A DNA stretch of 64,000 nt, from contig NW_008246080.1 in the NCBI RefSeq assembly GCF_000281045.1, positions 319,844 to 383,843 of the forward strand, read 5' to 3'. The number at the start of each line of letters is the position of its first letter. Within the stretch, counting starts at the first letter, position 1. Under the pieces are notes generated by a model that was not told where the DNA came from, did not search any database, and was given only the letters and a program-made list of their open reading frames with translations. This stretch comes from Saprolegnia diclina VS20. Taxonomy: Eukaryota. This document shows positions 56,476 to 64,000 of the stretch, one piece after another. A program made the translations under genes and the position numbers.

Positions 56476-57247
56476 CGCACAGCGCTCGCTCTAGAAAAGT
56501 GGTCGACTTTGCCTTACCACCAGCTCGAGTCAGGTTGGAAAGTGGTGCAATACCGCATGGTGCGTCCCTTTTTTCACCGCCAAGATGCTGCCGCGAGCTG
56601 GGGGTTTGTATGGGAGACTGCCACGTATATGCCGTTTCGCCAGTGAGCTTGACGGTATGTCGACCGACAAATGGCGGGTGACGCAATCCAAACAGCCATC
56701 GGCGACAAAAATCAACGGTTAAGACGCGCACCTTCGCCAAGGGCATCGCTACGGCGACTGTGTTTGGAGACGCTTGCAAAGCATGATGCGTCAAGAAGTA
56801 CGTTGCGTCGCTGCCGCGGAGGGCGGACGCCCTCGTGACTGGGTTGGCCGCACCGTGAGCCATGGATCGACTCTCTGTCTATTTCGACACCACGTGTAAA
56901 CCCAAACTGGTGTCCTCCGCTGGATGTTGCCACAGGAGCGTTTGCATCCGGCGTCACTGTATAGTTTAACGGCGCGTCCGACTCTGTTACCAAGGCGGGC
57001 TGCTCCCACGCTTCCTTGCGATAGGCTTACATGACCAACACCAGACACGAGACGACTCGATCTCCCAAGCAGTAAGCTGTCGGTGCTGTGAACTGAGGTT
57101 GCATTCTCGACAGGCTTGGAGCCCAAAAATGCGTTCTTTTAGACAACCTGTATGAATACATACCCCTCTCGAACACATTATTATATATGGAAGGTATCGA
57201 ACATAAAATGTGACAGAACACTACAACTTGGCGGCGGGTCCAAAGGA

Positions 57248-58695
57248 ATGGCGTCCCAGGACAAGCACCACTGCACGTACTGCAATATATGGGTCCAGGG
57301 CGACCGCGTCGTACGTCGCTACCTCCTGCGACCGTGCGACTCACCCTCCAGCGTCTAGAGCATCCGCAACCATGAGGCCACGCAGCGCCACAAGGACCGG
57401 ACCCAAGCGCAGTTCAAGATCCGCACGCGCGACCGCGAGATCGCCGAGCGCCAAGAGGCCAACATGCAGCGCGAGCTCGACCAAGTCGAACGCGTACGAA
57501 AAGCCTATACATCCGCTGCGCTGATGCAATATGGTGTAGAACGCACGGGCTCGGTTTGCACGCGACATGGCAGGGAAGACGCGCACGCAGGCCGAGACGC
57601 CGATCGACCTGCCAGCCGTCGGTCCGCTGCCTCGGCAAGTCGCACAACTTGCAGCGCCTAGCGCCATGCCACCACCACCGCCGCCACGTATGGTCGCCCC
57701 GCCGCCGCCGCCGCGAAACGTCCCCATGCGGCTCGCCCCACCTGTCCACGCGTATCCGCAAGCGCAGCAGCCGTACCTTGCGGCGCCGCAACACAGTGTA
57801 GCACCACCGCCGCAGGTACCACCACCGCGGGTGCCACCGCCACGCGTACCGCCGCCGCAGGTCCCGCCACCCCAAGTGCCACCGCCTGTGATGGCGCCGC
57901 CGCCTGCCCCCGCCCCCGAGCAGAGCCCTGGGTTCTACGTCGTCCGTGGCACCGTGTACCTCGAAGGCCAATTCCACGAAGTACGTACAACGACTCCATG
58001 TGATCTCTCTGATGCGTCCTATCATGCTCTAGTTCAAGCTTGTACCAAAAAAAGTCTGCGAGGTCTGGGTCGAGGACCTCGAGGACTGGCGGCCCGCCAC
58101 GATCAGCAGCGTCGAGACCGACAAGAGCACCAAGCCTCCAACGAAGCGGTACGCTGTCGCGTACAAGGCCACGGACGACCGGACGGCGGCGGCAGTCTCT
58201 GGTGTCTTTACGAGCGACCAGCTCCGGCTCTGCCTCACGCTGCCGACCGAAGTTGCAACGGCCGAGCAAATCACGGAAAATGGCGGCAACGGCTTCCTCG
58301 ACGCTCTTTACCAGGGTCGGTCGACGCAATATCTCGCAGCCCGCGCGCCAGGGTACGGCGAATGGTCGACCGTGTCGGTGCGCATCGTCGACGACGCCGT
58401 CGAGGAGAAGGCCCGGGCGGATGAGGTCGCCGCGTTTGAAGCCTCCAAGAAGGCGATCCAGCTCGAACGCGACAACGAAATGATCATGGAAGAGTCGCTG
58501 CACGCCGACAACGCGCTCGGGGCGTTCAACCCGTGGGGCGGCAGCTACAAGGGCATTGCGCTGGACGACGACGTGCGGTTGCCTCTGAGCGATGACGAGG
58601 CGGCGCCGGCGGCGCCCGTGGCCTTCAAGAAGCGTGCGCGCAAGGAGAAGAGCGGGCGCAACACGCGGCTGAAGCTTGGAGACGACGACGCGTAG
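57248..58695 (+). CDS. U1-C/matrin-type zinc-finger protein (WBP4/FBP21-like) with Pro-rich repeats and a Tudor-like segment; 4+ exons
   Basis: SQDKHHCTYCNIWVQGDRV|SIRNHEATQRHK (C2H2 matrin-type); (V)PPP(Q/R) repeats; CEVWVEDLEDWRPATISSV...RYAVAY; GYGEWSTV; C-terminal FKKR. Start codon uncertain. Confidence 0.7.
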
Positions 58696-58767
58696 GTGCA
58701 ACATAGAGCTCAACCCATGTATATCGTGTGGTGTTACGTCATTCTTCTTCTTCATGCACAAGCGAAT

Positions 58768-59631
58768 TTACATCTGCGCGCCCTGCACCTTGATGCGCTC
58801 CGCGTCAAGGTACGCCGTGCCGTAGGGCAAGAACTCGTCGCTGTGTGTGTCGGCCAACTTCTTGTACTCCTTGGCCTGGTTGGTCAAGTCGGCGATTTCG
58901 TCTTCCGTGACGTCGCGGACGTACTGGGCAGGCGAGCCGGCCCACAACTAGAGAGCATGATAGCATGAGCGACGAGGGCACAGGGCATGGTGGATGATGG
59001 ATACCTGGCCCGACGGGATGCGGCGGCCCGGCGGCACGACCGTGCCAGCAGCCAAGATCGAGTTGGACTCGACCAAGGCGCCGTCAAGGACAATCGAGCC
59101 CATGCCGATCAAGCAGTTGTTTTCGATCGTGCACGAGTACAAGATGCAGCCGTGGCCTACATGGTATATGAGTGACCATGCTATCGCTGCACGAGATGGT
59201 GCGTACCGACAGTGACGTCGTTGCCGATCGAGGCGCCGGGCGCAAGGCCGGGCGTCGTCGTGCTCGACGTGTGGATGACCGTGCGGTCCTGAATGTTGGT
59301 GCGGTTGCCAATCGAGACCTTGTTGAGGTCGCCGCGGATCACGACGCCGTACCAGACCGACGCGTCATTGCAGATCTCGACGTCGCCAATGACCGACGCG
59401 TTGGGCGCGACCCACGAGTCGTAGGCCACCGACGGGACCTTGTCGTAGAGGTTCATGATCTGGCGGTGGCGCGAGACTACGCATGCATGAGCCTCTGAAT
59501 GGCATCTGCAGGCGCCACGTACACTTCTCGCGGGCCTCGTTGCTGCCAAGCACGCGCAGGCCAAGGCGGTCCATGGCCTGGCCCGTCTCGCGGACGCATC
59601 GGCCGAGCTCGAACGTAACCTTCCGCAACAT
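58768..59631 (-). CDS. Mitochondrial gamma-carbonic anhydrase(-like) subunit of respiratory complex I; 4 exons
   Basis: LGRCVRETGQAMDRLG...SRHRQIMNL...WVAPNASVIGDV...SVWYGVVIRGD...NIQDRTVIH...TVGHGCILYSCTI...LIGMGS...PPGRRIPSGQLWAGSPA: hexapeptide repeats plus the N-terminus typical of complex I gamma-CA. Confidence 0.92.
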
Positions 59632-60136
59632 CTTCGCAGTCAAAAGTGGAATGGCCGCAGTCAGTGGCTCGGACGCCACAGAAGCGTCCCGTATCCGGAA
59701 TCCATACTTTATCCCAATGTCCCAAATGAAAGGCGTTGGATTGGTCGAAAAGCTCGTCGTGGATGCCTGTGATTGGCCATTGCCGTCGAATTCGAATGAT
59801 TTCCATACACGATCTTGCACTCGGAGGCAATCCCAAGCGCCATGCGTGTGCTGTACACCGCCGACGTGCGCCATGTTGTGAGCACTTATGCCATTCGCTC
59901 GAGGTTGCGCTACCGGTACACGCTTCGATCCCGTGTAAGGCATTGTTGACCTTGACGGCAACCGTCATATCGCAAGTGCCGAGATTGACGTCAAGGTCAA
60001 GCGATTTCTGCTTGGTACCGTCTTGTGGTCGACGCGTAGTCATAGTACTACAATGGAGATGCAGTATCACCACGACCGCAATATTCTATTCCATCCCAAA
60101 ACGGGACGTCATACACTCCCAGAACAATGTTCCACG

Positions 60137-60192
60137 CGCTCAGATCTGCGTTCTACACGCTCAGATCTGCGTTCGACACGCTCAGATCTGCG
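60137..60192. repeat. 21-bp tandem repeat x~2.7 with palindromic core CAGATCTG
   Basis: cgctcagatctgcgttctaca / cgctcagatctgcgttcgaca / cgctcagatctgcg, between the divergent gamma-CA and PKD2-like genes. Confidence 0.9.
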
Positions 60193-60427
60193 CTCGTCTG
60201 CGTCAAAATAACGTCGACGGCCGTTAGAGAGGTATGGTTGGACGCAGTGGCGACACAAACGACCCACCACGACCACCACCACCAATAAAAATGAGGTTGC
60301 ACGGAGCCAGAGGGCTGCCAACTAGCACGAGTCTTCGTCGGGCCCTCTAGATACTAGTAGGATAGAACTCGTCGGCATATGGTGGGGACACTTTTGTCGT
60401 GTACGTTTCAAGGTATTCATAGCACGG

Positions 60428-62900
60428 ATGCTCGCGCATGACGCAGACGTGCCGTCCGAGGAGCTCAAGCGCCTCGTGCGCAAGAGCGAGGCCGACCGAA
60501 AGACGCGGTCTGCCTCCAAAGAGATCGTTGAAATGGTATGTTGATGCTCTACTCCAGTCTCAAACGCAATGCTGTATAGACCAACTATATCCTCTTTCTG
60601 ACCCTCTTTCTGATTGCGACGCTCCAAGGCTGGAACAACTCGTCGTACAAGAGCCGCGCCATCTTGATGTCCGAGTTGCGCGACAAGCCTTTTCTGCGAT
60701 CTCAAACCACCGTGCGCAAGGCCTTCAAGGACGTGGCCTGCATCGACGAGCTCCACGAATTCCTCGGTGACCTCGCTGAACTATTGGTGCTCAGGTCGGC
60801 AATGCATCTGTGCGTAGTCGGGCCGTTCTACGCCGCCTTGTACCTCGGGCAGTCGTACGACGCCGACGTGAGCTTCCCGACCGGACCGCTCTACGCGGGG
60901 CGGGGGTTCATCGCTGGCGTCGAGCGTGTCGTTGGGAGCGTCCGCATCGGGCAGCTTCGCGTCGATGGCGCCAAGTGCCAAGGCACGCTTGTGCACGAGC
61001 TACAGCACGGCGATTACGACCCGATGTGCTATCCCGAGTACAGCAGTACAGCAGAATCTATTGCGAGCTTTGGCTACAATGCGACCTACAACGCGCTCCC
61101 AATGGTGCCCAGCGAGCCGACGTACGTCTCGCGCACGGGCCGGTACTACCCGAGTCCGCGCTTTGCGGTGTTTCTTCCGTCTGTCGAGAACGACTCCTCG
61201 TGCGATCCATCGGCGTACACCACGACGTGCGACGTGTACAAGCAAATCGACGCGCTTCGAACCTCCAAGTGCGCACTCTTTTTGAAAAAGCGCAACTGCT
61301 GGAGCCTCGTATTTCTAGGTTTTTTGACAAGGCGACCCGCGTCGTTTTGATCGACTTTACGTTGTACAATGCCAACACGGACCAGCAGTCGGTCGTGCGT
61401 CTCGTCGCCGAGCACACGATGAGCGGCGGCCTCGCGACGCAAGCCGACTGCATGACGTACCGCCTGTACCGCAACCAAGTCGCCTCGGACCACGTGCGCT
61501 TGACGCTCGAGCTCCTTGTGCTGCTCCAAGTCTTTTTCCAGCTGTACGCCGAGCTGCGGTTGTGCCAGCGCCTGGGGCGCGCGTACTGGCACATGACAGC
61601 CAACGTGGCCCATGCGCTGAGCTTGCTGTTGTTTATTGCGTGCGCCGTGCTCCGTGTGCTTTGCTACCTCGAGCTGCCGGCGATAACCATGTCCTCGATG
61701 GGTCCGACGAGTTTTCCAAATTTCCGGTATGTTTCGCAATATTTTTTAATGTCATTATACGTAGTTTACTCGTGTCTCTAGTCCGTCGGCCAATTACTAC
61801 ATGATGGCCGACGTCGCGACAAGCTTTACGTGCTTCTTGTCGTGGCTCAAGCTCTTCAAGTTTCTTGGCTGTACGTACTGGCATTTTGGGTTGGCGTATC
61901 GAGTTCATGCATTTCGTAAATGCTAGTCCTACCCATGTTTGCGCCACTGACCAAGACCGTAACCAAAGCCGCTCGCAAGGTCTCGAGCTTGATTGTCATA
62001 TTCTTTATTGCGCTCCTTGGCTCGGCGCTGTCGTTCCACATGGTAGGATTGCTCTGGTTGTACTCGATACATTGATACCTATTGAAATCAGGCCTTTGGC
62101 GCCGACCTCGAGCGCTACTACTCGTTTTGGGCGAGCTTGTGCGTCTTGTGTATGGTGTTGTGACGACCTCAGTTACCCCATATTGGTAGCATTGGGCTCC
62201 TCAGCATTCTCCAAGGCGAGCTCGATCTGCTCGAGCTCCAAAAGTCCAACCGGATCTTGGGCCCGATTTTTTTCGTGGTATTTGTGACGTTGATGTTCTT
62301 TGTGATTCTCGTACGTCCCTGCCTTCCTACCGATACCGATTATGTTGTCGTAGAATATGTTTATTGTCGTCATTTCCGATGGTACGCTGTCGACAAATTT
62401 GCATTTACGCCATTTTCACATGGTATTTTTTATGAAAATATAGCGTTTGCCGAAGCCAAGAGTGAACTCCATCTCCTCAACGAACTCAACGTCGACACAC
62501 TCTCGAAAGAAGTATACCACCACGTTCTGCATGTACGATATTGTCGATGTCTTTGTCGTCGCTAACGCATGGGCCATAGAACATCGTCTTTCGCATTCCG
62601 CTGCTCGGCAAGATCCTACGCCGAGTGTACGACCGCACGGTCTCGCGCCTCGACAAACGCAAGCACGCGACCAAGTCGCTCAACGAGTGCAGCAAGCAGC
62701 ACGTGCTCTTTCAAAGCACTCATGCGACTTCCCTCAAGCTCCTCAAGAGCACGCTCGCCAGCAAGAAAAGTCCTCCGGCTCGGTTTCAAGTCGTCCTCGA
62801 CGAATACCGCAAGCATCAAATGGCAGTCGCGTCCAGCTGGACGACAACTAGTGCGGGCATTACGGCCGAGCTCGCCTTGCTTCCACGCACATCGTCCTAA
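60428..62900 (+). CDS. PKD2: Polycystin-2 (TRPP/PKD2-like) cation channel, copy 1; many short introns, start uncertain
   Basis: TM1 YILFLTLFLIAT; TOP-domain motifs RIGQLRV...C and FFDKATRVVLIDFTLYNAN...VVRLVAE...GG; further TMs SWLKLFKFL, FIALLGSALSFHM|AFG, RILGPIFFVVFVTLMFFVIL|NMFIVVISD. Confidence 0.85.
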
Positions 62901-62967
62901 TCCTAATTTACAAGTCTACTAATTTGGTGCATGACCCAACAAGAAGAGGCATGAATCCACTGAAGAA

Positions 62968-64000
62968 ATGACGGCGGTGAGAGCAGTTGCAGACTTGAAA
63001 CATCTTGCATGGTGCCCGTGGGCTTTGAGTAAAAACAAAGCTAGATCGAAAACCCTATCGAGGGGGTGCTATCTGTAACTGGCATGACCGTCTCGAGAGC
63101 CGACTCGGACACCAGTGGCGTGACCACGGCAGTGACGCCGTCGACATCGGCGGCGCACGAAGTCGCCGACATGGTATGACGTCTCATGCACGAGGTTGCT
63201 GGACGAATCTGTCGATCTAGATGCGATACCTTGTCTTCCTCAGTCTCTTCCTTATCGTGACGGTCGGCGTCGGGTCGCACTCGGAGAGCGACTTGCCGTA
63301 CAAAGTCACAGAGATGCTCGATAAGCAGCTGCGTGACAAGGACCTCATCGCAGAGGACTCGCACGTCCTCAAGCGCTTTCAAGACATCAAAACCATCCTC
63401 GAATTCCACCAATTTCTGAGTCTGCTGGTCCTACCTCCTTACAAAACCTCACCCAGGATCTCGTTAGCGGGGCCCTTCTACGACGTGGTGTACGGTAGCG
63501 ACTCGTTCGACGCCGACTGGTCGTTCCCAGTCGGACCGACGCTGCCAGATCGAGACACACTGAGCGCGGGTAGTAAGATCATTGGCCAAGTCCGCATCGG
63601 ACAAGTGGGTGCTATCGACTTGGTACATTGATACAAGCAAGGCGCATGTAGGTGCGCGTCAAGGGTCTGCCGTGTCCTGGCGCAATGGCGCAGCTCAGCT
63701 CCCTCTACAGTGTCCCACCAATGTGCTACGGAGACTATACAACGTCGACTGAGAGCAGCGAGACGTTTGGGCTACAACACAACTACACAGCGCTGCATGC
63801 GCGCATGGCCGAACCCATCTTTTATGCGCACTCGTACCACTCGTTTCCGTCACCGCTTTTCGCCGAGTTCTTTCCGAGTGCGGAAGACAGCAGCTGCGAT
63901 TTCGAAACGCACTTCGACTGCAGCGTGTACGCACAGCTCGCGGCCCTGCGAACACACAAGTAGACGCTCGCCTTTAGGATTGGATCGATGCCATTGGATA
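62968..64000 (+). CDS. PKD2: Polycystin-2-like channel, copy 2 (5' part, truncated by window end; start uncertain)
   Basis: RYLVFLSLFLIVT, QLRDK, GPFYDVVYGSDSFDADWSFPVGP, GQVRIGQ|VRVKGLPC, PMCY..Y....ES...FG...NY.AL, FPSP.FA.F.PS.ED.SCD are colinear with copy 1. Confidence 0.8.

Overview
Gene-dense, GC-rich eukaryotic DNA with many short (~40-100 nt) GT-AG introns. Gene content points to an oomycete, most likely Saprolegniales; this is inferred from gene families, not from a search. Recognisable genes: a WW-domain NELF-C/D (TH1) homologue; an intron-containing, bacterial-type soluble pyridine nucleotide transhydrogenase (SthA/UdhA) with a mitochondrial-type presequence; a giant coiled-coil/C2/DysF protein; an ankyrin-repeat protein; an IQ/Sfi1-like/ankyrin/RGS protein; a U1/matrin zinc-finger protein; a complex I gamma-carbonic anhydrase; and two tandem polycystin (PKD2-like) channels. 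The main accessory content is: (i) nine paralogues, in two arrays, of an atypical bZIP family with exact bZIP spacing but Asp (once Tyr) in place of the invariant Asn, fused to a second coil and a conserved C-terminal domain; (ii) three Cys-rich repeat proteins without signal peptides, flanking a ~1790-aa internally duplicated multi-pass membrane protein; (iii) a head-to-head paralogue pair separated by a palindromic triple repeat; (iv) a tRNA-derived SINE-like element with a 15-bp target-site duplication. Exon boundaries were read by eye and are approximate. Family assignments come from motif recognition, not database searches.
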